DNA of 64,000 nucleotides, taken from assembly GCA_965153285.1 (NCBI GenBank), contig OZ229110.1, one strand, 5' to 3'. The notes under the pieces are model-generated. The model was given only the letters and a program-made list of their open reading frames with translations. It ran no database searches and was not told the origin of the DNA. The position numbers and the translations under genes are program-made. Below are positions 13,045 to 24,327 of the stretch, one piece after another. The stretch is from Podarcis tiliguerta (lineage: Eukaryota). Each line of letters opens with the position of its first letter. Position 1 is the first letter of the stretch.

Positions 13045-13402
13045 TAAGTTTAACTATGGTTTACATATATATTGGTGCATGGAGCTAAAATTGCATCTTC
13101 TTGGCTCCTTTTCTGCTCTTGCTGAGAATGAATCCATCAGCATTATGCCTGAACTCTGGCCTGTAGTTTGTTTTCCCCAAACAAACCTTGCAATGGAATC
13201 CAAGAAGAAACCTTAGTTACAGCTCGTGGCTTGTTTGGAGAGGGACAATACAAGACTCGGTTTGGATGTAATGCTAACACAAACCATGGCTTAGTTCCTG
13301 GCAGTGTGGCAGCAGCAAAAGCGTGAGGGGATTAAAGTGCTTGCAATTTTTGCACTGGGCACCAGCATGTTTCTCATTCAGCTTTAAATCATAGTTAAGC
13401 TT
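13045..13402. mobile_element. Palindromic non-autonomous DNA element (MITE-like), degenerate
   Basis: AAGTTTAACTATGGTTTA near 13046 is an imperfect inverted repeat of TAAATCATAGTTAAGCTT near 13385. Confidence 0.5.
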
Positions 13403-13514
13403 AATGCCAACCAGGCCAGGATCTGATATGCTTACCTGATATGCTTTTTTGGGGGAGGGGGCTGGAAGTGCCTACTGTGGCTTAGAAATTTGCTTTTGCT
13501 TAATGAGGTGCTTC

Positions 13515-13660
13515 TAGGGCTGCCATATGTCTGGTCCCCGCCCCCCCAAAAAAGTCAATCAAAAAATCAAGTTTCTTTGGTGTTTTTGTTTTAAAAAAAG
13601 TTCAACAATGTTCGGGGTGTCTGTTCTGGTTTTTTACTTTTTTGAAATATGGCAGCCCTA
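13515..13660. mobile_element. hAT MITE, 146 bp
   Basis: Perfect 14-bp TIR TAGGGCTGCCATAT/ATATGGCAGCCCTA. 8-bp TSD GGTGCTTC/GGTGCTAC. Confidence 0.9.
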
Positions 13661-15029
13661 GGTGCTACTCAGTGTTCATGAAATTCAGTGTTACAAGGTT
13701 AAGGGCACAATGCAATCCAACCAGGTAAGCATGTCATTTTCATTCAAAAAAGAGAACACTAGTAAGAATGCAGTTTAAATGACTTTTACAAAGTTCACTG
13801 ACTTGATTCTTTCCCTTCCTAATGGGACATTATGTTAACACTACGGCTGCAGCAGAAAAGGGCTAATGGTAACACTATGGTTGCTTTTATTCTGTCAAAT
13901 GCGTCAAAAGGAAGAAAATTGATCATTTCCGACTTTCTCTTTCCCCCTGGAGATTGCCCTGTAATGTCCCTGGGGCTTTCTATTAGAGCTCTTAGGCCAG
14001 TGCTAACACAATCCCTCCTAGTTACTTGTTCAGGAGAAGCAGATGTGAAAATTTCATTCCTTACATTTTGAAACCACACATAGGTAAGGTAAGTGACACA
14101 AAGTAGCTACCATCTGACACAGGCCTTTGTAATGTGAAGAATATCAGAAGCAACTCTGAGAGACAAATAAATAGCAGTCAAGACTTTTGTCAGACACCTA
14201 TCTCAGGGATTTCCACATATGAGGCTTAAATTGGCTCCTAACGCAAATGAAAAATCTACCCTGGCAGCGGCAGATACTCTCTTCTGAATTCTCTGCCAAA
14301 TTAATACATGGCACAAAGAGTGAGAAAAGCTCAAATGTGTTTTTTAGGGTCGCATGTTTGAAACACTCTCAATTCCCACAGTACAGTCAGGTGCAGCAGA
14401 CTGCCACCATTTTCTGGTAAAGTCTCTCTATGTGTATTGAAAAGGCCTTTAAGGAAGAAGGGATTTAGGTAGCTGTGTATGTTGCCGCTGTTCCCACATC
14501 TACACTTCTGCCTCCAGGGTGATGTTGACAGCCTCCAAGGCACTGCTCAGAAACAGTCCTGGTCACAAAGATGTCAGGTCAACATCAAAATAATTGTGTG
14601 AAGGAGGAAACCCTGAAGTTGGGCTCCAGAGTGGCTCAGTGGGGAAACAGATGTGGAACAACATTTAGGTGTTGCATCTAACCTTTTCTTAAAATGCAAA
14701 ATGTTACATTGAGACTCTGCCTTTCTGTTAATCTGGAAAGAAGTCATGAGGGTAAAATAAGTTCACTTGGAAATAGAAGCCAAATGCAACAAAGAGCAAG
14801 TGCATGGGTGTGCATGGGTGTGTGGGTGTGAGACAGTGAGAGAGCACACACGCAGATATGGCCAAGGGAAAATTACTGTTCAGCTATGCTGCCATTGGGG
14901 GAATCATGCCAGATCATTTTCTCAGCCAGTCGTGGCCAGTGGGGTGGAGCGACCATCCAGACATTGCCATCCCTATGGCTTACCTGGACAGGGCTAGGGC
15001 AAGACAACAGAATGGTCAAGGCTGCATGG

Positions 15030-15466
15030 CAGGGCCAGCTTGACGTGTTGAACTACAAAATGGTGCTCCTGCCAGGCAAGTAGGGGTGACTGAGGATCTA
15101 CACTGGGAACAAGGGCGGGGATAAATTCAACCTTATCTGATGGTTAAAGTGGGAATCAAAGGCAGTCGGGGGTGGGCAGGGGCCTGCTCTGAATCACACC
15201 AGGCAGGTGCAGAGCTCAAGAGACCCCAGAGGCCAGCGCTCGCCATTTCTTCCCTGGGGGTGGGAGGAGACCAGCAGTGGCTCCTACTCATCAAGAAGTT
15301 GCTGTAGAGGCGGCACTGGGGATGGGCTGCCAAGGAGGTGGCAGATCTGGCCTCCAAGGAGTGCAGCAGCAAGATATACATTGTTTGGAGGCCAGATCTG
15401 CTGCCCCTGTGGATCCTGCTGCCTGAGGTGGTTGCCTCACCTTGCCTCTTGAGTGGGCTGGCCCTG
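15030..15466. mobile_element. hAT-like MITE with internal hairpin
   Basis: 10-bp TIR CAGGGCCAGC/GCTGGCCCTG. Flanking 8-mers CTGCATGG/ATGCAAGG match at 6/8. Confidence 0.65.
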
Positions 15467-16368
15467 ATGCAAGGACACACAGGCAGGAGCCCTGGACTAG
15501 CTCTGCTTCCATCTTTGCACAGCCCCAACCACACCATTCCTGCTCTCAGCCTAATCGACCTCTGCATAATCACACTTCAACAGATGTAGAGAGGCTTTCA
15601 TTTAGGTCTATAGAACCAATGTGGAGTTGAAATAAAAGCGCAACCATTGGGTAGAATCTGTGGCCTTATTGGCAAGGAGAGTGGCATTGGCATAAGCTCA
15701 GGAGTGCACAAGAATGGCACAAGAGCATGTTGCACACAGTGAAATGTGGAAATATTGGAAGTATGTGGCCTGAATTTCTATTTGTTCGTGATATCACCAC
15801 TGACTGCAATATTATCCATTATGCCCAAAATCCAGTAAATAGAAATACCATTTTTTAAGGGCTAGACAAAAAATGATTAGTGAAACTTTTCCTTTTGCAA
15901 AGAACTAAAACAGTTACTCTTGCAAAGCGGTGTGCTGACCATTGTGCATTGCAGACACTGGGGTGTTGCCTGGCATACCAAGAGCAAATGCTGTCTGTGA
16001 GGATAGCTCCATGGAAAGAGCTTCAAGAAATACACAGCTTTACTTCATGATGGAACACAGTGCTTCACAGCCCATTCTGTGGTGTCAGTGATGGAGCTGA
16101 AAACCCCAGTGTCTAGTTATTCCAAGAATGTGCGCTGACATTCATAAGCCACACACACCACAGGCACACACACATCCCCACACCTAGAATGCATTGTCTC
16201 GCTAGCTCCCATCAGTACCATGTGACAGGTTGTGCATACACAGCAGTGTTAAGGATTGAGCAGTTGGAAAACAAAAAGAGACTATAGAGAGTGAGAAAAG
16301 AAAGGCAAGGAGACGAGAGAAAGAGGAAAGAAGAGTGTTAATGTTAGTTGGGAGAACCAGTACTACAC

Positions 16369-16475
16369 CTTTCTGTAAACTCATATCCACCATGCGTGGG
16401 CCCATCAGCTCAATGAAGAAAGTCTTGTTTTTCTCATACTCCTCATCATCAATTACCTTGATGTGAATAGTTTTG
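16369..16475 (-). CDS. SLC8A3: NCX3 mutually exclusive exon A (CBD2 variable region), 107 nt
   Basis: Minus strand reads ttccattcacag|CAAAACTATTCACATC...TTACAGAAAG|gtgtag. It translates as KTIHIKVIDDEEYEKNKTFFIELMGPRMVDMSLQK, recognisable as NCX3 exon A (GPRMVDMS.QK). Phase 2 in, phase 1 out. Confidence 0.95.
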
Positions 16476-18546
16476 CTGTGAATGGAAAAATAATAAGTGT
16501 CATAATGGGGAGAAGGGGCGGGGAGGCAAGCTGGGTCAAGAGAGGGAGAGAGAAGCCAAAGAGAGATTTTAGATGGTCAAAGCTTACTCACCCATTACCA
16601 ATGGCAAAACACAGTAGAGATTTAAACCTTTTGCTGGGCAGCCAGCTAGTCTGGCAGAACATTGGCACCAGACGCTGGCCACAAAGTGCTAAAATTTGTT
16701 CTTTTTGCAAAACCTACTCATATGCTAAGACCTCTGTTTACATCTAAAACCTTGTTGTCATAGGAGTCATATCAGAAGGCATTTGCACACCACATACACA
16801 AGGGTTAACTTATGCAACTCAAACTGGACATTTAAGATGCATTGTTAACTCTGAGTTAAAAAATTAAATAGCATATCACAAACGGAAAGGTAATTTTTAA
16901 TCACCCACTACATTTTTTAAATGGAAAATTTCAGAAATTTATGACACAATTCAGTTGGCTAGAAATGAAAACATTTTATTTTGCATCAAGGTTACAAAAC
17001 ACTATTCATTTTAACACTTTTTTGATTTTGTTTTGTTTTTTAAAACCAAGTAAGCAAAGATTCTGATAATATTATAAGATTGGGGCATTCCACACCAAAG
17101 TTTGTTTGTATAAAAGTGTCAGTATAAGAAAGGTGTCAGTAGGAGAAAAATGTTAGAACTCTATTAACGCTAAAAATCTGCAAGAAATCACACCTGTTCC
17201 TTGGCATATAGATCCTCATTGTTGGCCTATAAACTACAGTATACCTTTGATTTTTCTTTATTTCAAAAGCAAGCACTCATACCCCTGTAAAGTGCATGTT
17301 GTGTTAAGACAGTAATGGCAGACAGTGTTACTTCATTAACTAGATCTGTTGAATGTGACTCAGGGCCAAACTAGACATGACATTAATTGCGTGAATGCAA
17401 TTGATGTGCACATTTCTCATAATGTAAAATAGCAATTACAGGAAAACCAGAGTAGTCTCAGAACCATGGGGTGGGTGGGGAAGTTTTTAACTCTTTCTCT
17501 CTTTGCAGAAAAAACCAGTCCTCCTCAAAGCTACCATTTGCACTTCAGATGAAGCCTGCATTGGTGCACTCTCTTCCAGTTCTCTGTGTGGGCTAATGAG
17601 TGCCTAAAATGATGAAGGCAAGCTATTTATTTTGACATTAATAAAGTAAAAGTAAATAATGGTAGATTTCCTCCTCCCCCCCCCCATGTGCACCCCATGC
17701 CCTTTCCAAATCTGCTCCAGATACTTGGCAGAACCACAGAACAAATTAAGGGGAGGATATGTAGGGGGGAAATGATCTGTCATGCAAGCAACCACCACCA
17801 CTCTTTTCAAATATTAAAGGCACACTCTTGCATGTCAGCCATCCCTTGCTCTGTTGCTACTTCTATTCTCAGGCTTGTTTTGCAAATAACCAAAGACTCT
17901 AGTTCTTCACATCTGATAGTCTTGAAACAGTTTCAAAACTTATCCTGAGGACTTCTAAAGAAACTGCTTTCCTAACTTGCAACAGCAAACCTTAAGCAAA
18001 TTATTAAGATGGTAACAAGACAGCGCTTCACTGGGGAACTGAGGAAGGAAAGAACCTGGCTGCAAAATATGAAAATAAGTCACCACTAAGGAAGTAGGAA
18101 AAGTGGGGAGAAGGGGACGCAAAGCTGCTTTCATTTGGGTAGATAACCAAAATATTCAGAAGCTCCTCCCAACATTGAAGTCCAACATAAAGGTAACAAT
18201 TTGCTTCAGGAAAGTAAAATCTCTGTGGAAATGCTACCAAGAGCCCTTAAATTCCTTCTTCAGGGGCAGAGGCTCATCCATCAAGCTCTAAATCAGTCTC
18301 CCCCAATCTGGTACCTTCCAGATGTTTTGAACTACAACTACCATCAGTCACAGACAGCACTGCTGGGGAAAACTGTATTTTAAACTGTTTGAAAAACAAC
18401 TATTTGAATTGGATAACAAACCCAGGAAATGGATGGTTTCCCCCTTGTTGCAAACAAAAAAAGGTCCTGTCACCTTATTTAGTCATTAATGACCCCAAGA
18501 TTTTCTCATCCTGTATGTTATGTTGAATTTGCAAACATCATATAAA

Positions 18547-18694
18547 CAGTGCTTTTTTCTTTTTCTAAAAAAAGTTGAGGGGTACTCTCATTTTCCTCCT
18601 AATTTGAAATACTGCCCCACAATGAGGCCAAACTTAGATTCACAAAATGTTTAGGGGTATACATACCCATGCATACCCCCAGAAAAAAGCACTG
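18547..18694. mobile_element. hAT MITE (CAGTGCTTTTTT TIR family)
   Basis: TIR CAGTGCTTTTTTCT/AGAAAAAAGCACTG. Flanks CATATAAA/CATATCTA. A homologous copy is at 54561. Confidence 0.85.
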
Positions 18695-18696
18695 CA

Positions 18697-18702
18697 TATC
18701 TA

Positions 18703-18743
<41 letters not shown>
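18697..18743. repeat. (TATC)n microsatellite
   Basis: Seen directly. Confidence 0.95.
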
Positions 18744-19804
18744 GGGGCATGCTGCCAGCTAGTAAACAGATGAATGGTGCTGTCTTGGAATCTATCTTAG
18801 GGCTGAAATTTATCCCTTGAGAAACTCCCACTTTCAAAATAAATTTCATTGAGACAGGACTACATCAATAAGAATATGCCACCTTAAATATTACTGAACC
18901 CCAACCCCACCCAACTCATGTGGGCAACAGGCATGCTCTTATTTCATCACTTACAAAGCACAGTGTACAGTGTTGGAGCTTGAGAGATAAGCAAAAGCCT
19001 GGTCTCTGCCCCAAGGAGCTTCAAGTTGGAATTGAGATGGGGGTGGGTTACATGAGGCAAGGGTAACAAGGAACAAATGCAAGCAAATGTTATGAAATGT
19101 TTTGCTCCCACGATACTGATTGTGAATCTCAAACTAAGGTAAGATAATCAACTCTGTTTAAGCGATATTTCATTTCATCTTTCATATTTTTGTTGGGTTA
19201 CTGTGATCAAATACAATGAGCTGAAGACCTGATCCAAGATAATCAGAAGAAGAATAAAAACAAAAAAGATGGTGGCTTCATGTGTTCAGATTTACAAGAG
19301 ACTGTTGCAATTATCAAGAAAAACAAAATGGAATGTGTGAAGATTTATCACTTGGTGGCAGCTTCAGTAGTCTATTATATTGAGTAACTGGTAGAAAAAA
19401 ATACTAATCTAAATGCTAGCAATCACCAACTTGCAGCACAAGATAAAGTACCGAATGAAAAACAGCCTACTCTTTCCACTAATTTATTGACCTTCCAGTG
19501 TAACAGATGAATAAACAGTATAGAAAGGTTGGATTCCTACCCCTCCCCATCACCCTCTAATACCAAACTCAGGTGGTGAGTGCTGAGACAAAACAGGACC
19601 ACCGAGGAACAAGAGGAAAAGTATCAGGATGATGGTGATAACTTAAGGATGTGTAAATATTTTCAGTTCCTCTCGGTTTGTCATTTATCCAATCTTAAGT
19701 TCATTTCATCATACTTCCATATCAGTTTGCAACTTTAAAAAAAAAGTCCTCATGAAAATTTATCCTAATAAACATATTTTTGTATGCAATTTCTCGTGCA
19801 TGCT

Positions 19805-19886
19805 TTACTTGAGATTCCTGTATAGCAGGGGACTGGACTAGATGACCTTCAAGGTGTCTTCTAACCCTACAATTCGATGGTTCTAT
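19805..19886 (+). mobile_element. CR1 LINE extreme 3' end
   Basis: ggactagatgaccttcaagg...ttctaaccctacaattcgatggttctat is a typical CR1 3' terminus. Confidence 0.7.
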
Positions 19887-20114
19887 ACTTCTCCTCAGCA
19901 CTTATAGTCAGCACTATTCGGTGCAAAGCGTGACCTGCAACAAAACACTGCAGCGTATTCTTATCTCCTAATAGAAGTATTCCTTTTTAGGTTCCAGTCA
20001 TCCATGCCCTCCTCCAACATGCCATTCTGTTCCTCACCACCAACTCTCCACTCTTCTTTTCCAGTTGATCTAGACTACTGAGTCATTTCGGGGGTTTTGC
20101 CTGTTTCCTTAATG

Positions 20115-20283
20115 TACCGTATTTTTCGTTCTGTAAGACGCCCCCATGTATAAGACGCCCCCTATTTGGGGGTACTTAGATTTAAGAAAATGGGGGAGAT
20201 GTATCAGTGTATAAGATACCCCCTAATTTTTTACATTATTTTTTAGGGAAAAAACCTAGTCTTATACACAGAAAAATACAGTA
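20115..20283. mobile_element. Tc1/mariner (Tc2/pogo-like) MITE
   Basis: TA-CCGTATTTTTC ... GAAAAATACAG-TA, with internal TAAGACGCCCCC repeats. Confidence 0.85.
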
Positions 20284-20308
20284 CTTCTGCAAACCTGGGT
20301 TTTTCCCC

Positions 20309-20722
20309 AAGGGATGGAAGAGAAATTCAGTTCAGTTCATATTCAATGGCAAGTCTAACTAATTTACATTTCCCAAAACAGCATGCCATCCATTGAAATA
20401 TGCCCTTCTCCAAATTTTGCAAAGCAGTTGTTAAGCCTTGTAATGTGTACAAAAAGGCATACGGTAGGGCAAACTGTTCACAAAACGAATGTGTTATTGA
20501 AAAAGAACATAGAAAAAGGCATTGCATTGTTGAAAACGGTTGTGCAAAAATGTGTATAAATGGGAGAAATTTGCACCAACATCTCAAAGAACTTTCCTAA
20601 GGAATTATAATTTTAAAAAATAAATAATTAGCAAACTGATGTGGAGATATAGAGATCTGAACCTAAGAATAGAAAAATTAGAAGCTGAGAAAAAACTAGA
20701 ATGGACAAATCTGCCCATCCTT
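20309..20722. mobile_element. Degenerate MITE-like element
   Basis: AGGGATGG...CCATCCTT ends and an AT-rich interior. A related fragment lies near 19645-19800. Confidence 0.45.
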
Positions 20723-23289
20723 AGGAGTGATTAGTCACAATAACCAAACACAGTCTCTACATACATACAGGGCAACATACGTCTGGATGCTGGGAGAAAA
20801 CAACACACCCAAAGACATCTGGTTGGCAACTATTGGAAATACTGGACTAGATGGACCTTAGTCTGACCCAGCAGGACAGTTCTTATGCTATTATGAATCC
20901 CACTAACAAGTTGGAGTCAACAGCTCTGATTGCAGTTGCTCAGGGTTTTTTGGTGTCTAGCCTTCAATCGCAATGATATTGTTTCATGTTAAAAGGAAAA
21001 GCAAATGAAAAAGAAACCGGTGATACCTGATTTGATAAAAAAGAACACATTGCTACCTTAGACCATGGTCACCCATGCCTGGCCCTTCCCAAAGAGCAGC
21101 GTACGGAGATGGAGAGCCAGAAAGAGAGACAACGTTATGTGAAGATGTCATGTTAATATAAAAGGTGTGACAAGCAGGCACCAAAAAAATAAGAGAACAA
21201 CAGGGAAGGGGCTCTGTGACACTCTGCCATGAGAATGTCGTGACAATCCTTTGAAATTAATTGAGCTGGACTCTAGCAGAGGAGAAATTTTCAACCTACG
21301 TTTGACAGCTGCATTCTCCTGAATGAAAAGCGAGAGATCCAAAGAGCACTTGGATCGGCTGAGCGGCTCTCACTCACAAACACTGAATTCCAGCTGCCTC
21401 TCAGGTGGGCACTTTGTGTAATGTTCTCTGTCTTCCCCACACCCCACCTGACAGTTGTGTACCAGATATGGAGTCTCCCCGCAACTGGGTACTTCTAAAG
21501 TGGCAAATAGCCCGTCCAACACACTAGCATGGCAGTCAAAAGCATTGCAAGGCCACACTGGGACCTCACTGAGATAAGGCATCAGGAGTGATCCATCACT
21601 GATTGCTCTCCTTTCTCTGCATCCAGGCAGCTGGGGCAGCAACAACTAAAATGTGCAAAGAGAAATACATCTGAAGAAGAGTATCAACTTGTGTGTTCTT
21701 CTGGTCATCAGTGGTAGCTTTTTAATCAATCCTTTGCAGAAAGCGACAGGAAAACTGAGTGTAGTGGCTCTGTTCCTCATGGAGAGCTGCATCTAAAGCT
21801 GCACTAGGAGTGGAATTAAATATGTAATAATTCCACAACCAGGCCGTCCAACAGAGTCGAGAACTTCCAACATGGCTGCATGATTGGGGAAAACTGTGGG
21901 CATGACAGTAGGAAAGATTTTGGAGAACTGAAGAGGCTGCCTGCTGCTCTACACAGAACCTCACTGGAAATGCACTGATACATGTTCTTCATGCACATAG
22001 GCAGGAAGTGTTGGGGAGAAAGAGAGGAGATGCTTATCCTGAAAGGTCTAGTGTTAAAGACCCTAGTGAATAAACAGATACATAAAATAACACAACGAAA
22101 AGTCTGATGTTTTGCTTTTGTGTTTTTGTCAACAGGGTTGCTGGCTAGTTAGCAAAGAGCTCAAGATCCAGAAAAGTGTGCCAAGAAAGACAAATTTGGC
22201 ACCATCACAGTACACTAAATACCAAATTCTTTGTTTGCTTCAAGATGTACCTGTTTCACATGCTTAGGAGTTGGAAAGTGTGTCCTCTTGCCCCAATCTG
22301 CCCCTCCCTGACGAATTACAACACATGATCCATATTTGGCACATGCCTCCACTTTCTATAGCACAACTTGCCTGATGATCTCTCAATGAGCATCTGCCTT
22401 CCTTACCTTGCTGTAGGCCTAGAGATGGCCACCATATCCAATTCAGTTAGCACCTTGTGCATTTCCTTTTCTCTGAGGCATCCTAAACTTTTACTTGTGG
22501 CCCAATGTGACCAAGTTTAGCTTTGCTTGGGATCCTTTCAAACCTTTCCGAAGCCACTGTGCAACTTTATCAATAATGTTTGTTTCTAGCAGCATCCTGG
22601 TTACAGGCCAAGAAGGCTCAGGAAGCCACTAACGGTTCTTGAACCTCCATTTGGGAATCAGTACTACTGTGTGTTAAGCTAGGGAGGAAACGGTGGGCAA
22701 AGCATTGTTTTGGTTTAGTAGTAATTGGGTTTCAGTGGGAGGGCTGGGAACTGATTTTAAAGAGTTTTCTATTTATACTCGTAAACTTGGTAAGTCTTAC
22801 TGGCAAGTGCAATGGGTGAACTGGAAATACTTTAAAATGAAAGTTGTTCCTCAGCTCTCCCAGGAGTCCATTTCACAACCCCACAGGAGGCAATTATTTG
22901 TCTGGGCTCATTCCTCACATTATTAGTCCTAGCTTCAGCTCCAGAACCAAAGGGGTATCAAGATGGTAGCCTCAAGGCTCTTTCCTGCCAGGAGTACACA
23001 CACACCTGCCATTGTTTTAATTGGAGAGATGCCAGAAACTGCCAGTTCTTTGTGTCTTATCAGTCTCCCTTCCTCCTGATGGTCTCCAGGTTCCCTAGGC
23101 TCTCCTACTTTGTCTTTCCTCCTTTGAGTCTAACACAAAATGTTTCCAAAAACACTGAGGGGACTGACCCCATAAGTCTGTGTCAATCAGTGAGGGTGTC
23201 TACTTCTCTGTATGCTTCTAACCAGTGTTCCTCCCCAAATTTCTCTGTCATTGTAGAAGGTCTTGCTAACTCCTTAGTTCCTTGGGCAG

Positions 23290-23455
23290 GGATAATATGT
23301 TTTGCACAGCAAAGCGACCCAGGCTTGATCCTTGGCATTTCTAGGAAGCATTGTGAATGTCACCTGTCTGAAACTCTGGAGAGTTACTGCCACTCAGGTT
23401 AATACTGAGCTAGGTGGTACAATGGCGTGGCTCAGTGCAAGGCAGCTCCTTGTGT
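23290..23455 (+). mobile_element. tRNA-derived SINE, degenerate
   Basis: Matches the family at 10305 and 58690 (cctgtctgaaactctggagagttactgcc...aatactgagctag). Confidence 0.65.
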
Positions 23456-23863
23456 TTCACACTTGACTAATTATAACCCTCACCAACTAACTGTTAATTT
23501 TTCTTTCACTTCCTTACCAGAATCTTGTGGTCTTACCACTTGTTTCTCTTTAAGATCTCCTGAAATTACCCTTTCTGTTCTGCATTTACTATTAAATCTG
23601 TGCTCAGATCATTTTTCACCTGAAGCCACCTTCTTGCTGGTATTCCATCCTCTGTATTCTCTTTCCCCTTCCCATTTCTCAGGTCAATTCAAAATGCCCT
23701 TTCCTCAATCTTTCTTGTAAGCCACTTGTAAAGCAAAACCTTCTTTTCCAAGTCCTGCGACCACAACATCTCTCTTCTTCATGACTGCATCATTTCTGAG
23801 CTGTAGAGAATTCTTAAGACAACCTTGTCTTGGAACAGGAACATAAGAGGGCCCTTTCACCCT

Positions 23864-24222
23864 TAAAGGTAAAGGTACCCCTGCCCGTACGAGCCAGTCT
23901 TGACAGACTCTAGGGTTGTGCGCCCATCTCACTCTAGAGGCTGGGGGCCAGCGCTGTCCGAAGACACTTCCGGGTCACGTGGCCAGCATGACATCGCTGC
24001 CCTGGCGAGCCAGAGCCGCACACGGAAACGCCGTTTACCTTCCCGCTAGTAAGCGGTCCCTATTTATCTACTTGCACCCGGGAGTGCTTTCGAACTGCTA
24101 GGTTGGCAGGTGCTGGGACCGAACAACGGGAGCGCACCCCGCCGCGGGGATTCGAACCGCCGACCTTTCGATCGGCAAGCCCTGGGCGCTGAGGCTTTTA
24201 CCCACAGCGCCACCCGCGTCCC
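23864..24222 (-). mobile_element. Sauria SINE, full length and young
   Basis: 5' GGGACGCGGGTGGCGCTGTGGG, B-box GGTTCGAATCC, 3' (ACCTTT)n tail. CpGs are largely intact. Confidence 0.93.
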
Positions 24223-24327
24223 TAAGGAATCACCCTTAGGAATCAGCAACCCCTGCTCTCCCCTCTTGACCCGCCCCACCCCCCAGCAACCAGTATTCAG
24301 CCTCAGATCCTGGAAGTAGTATACAGT

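Noticed and set aside
3823-16475. Assignment to SLC8A1 or SLC8A2
   Set aside because: GPRMVDMS.QK, EEEYERQENFFIALGEPKWMERGIS and a 6-aa exon C fit NCX3. NCX1 has GEPRLVEMSEKK and a 7-aa exon C.
24130-24222. tRNA gene (A/B boxes), also at 52683 and 58690
   Set aside because: These are tRNA-derived SINE heads that continue into SINE bodies, with no complete cloverleaf or terminator.
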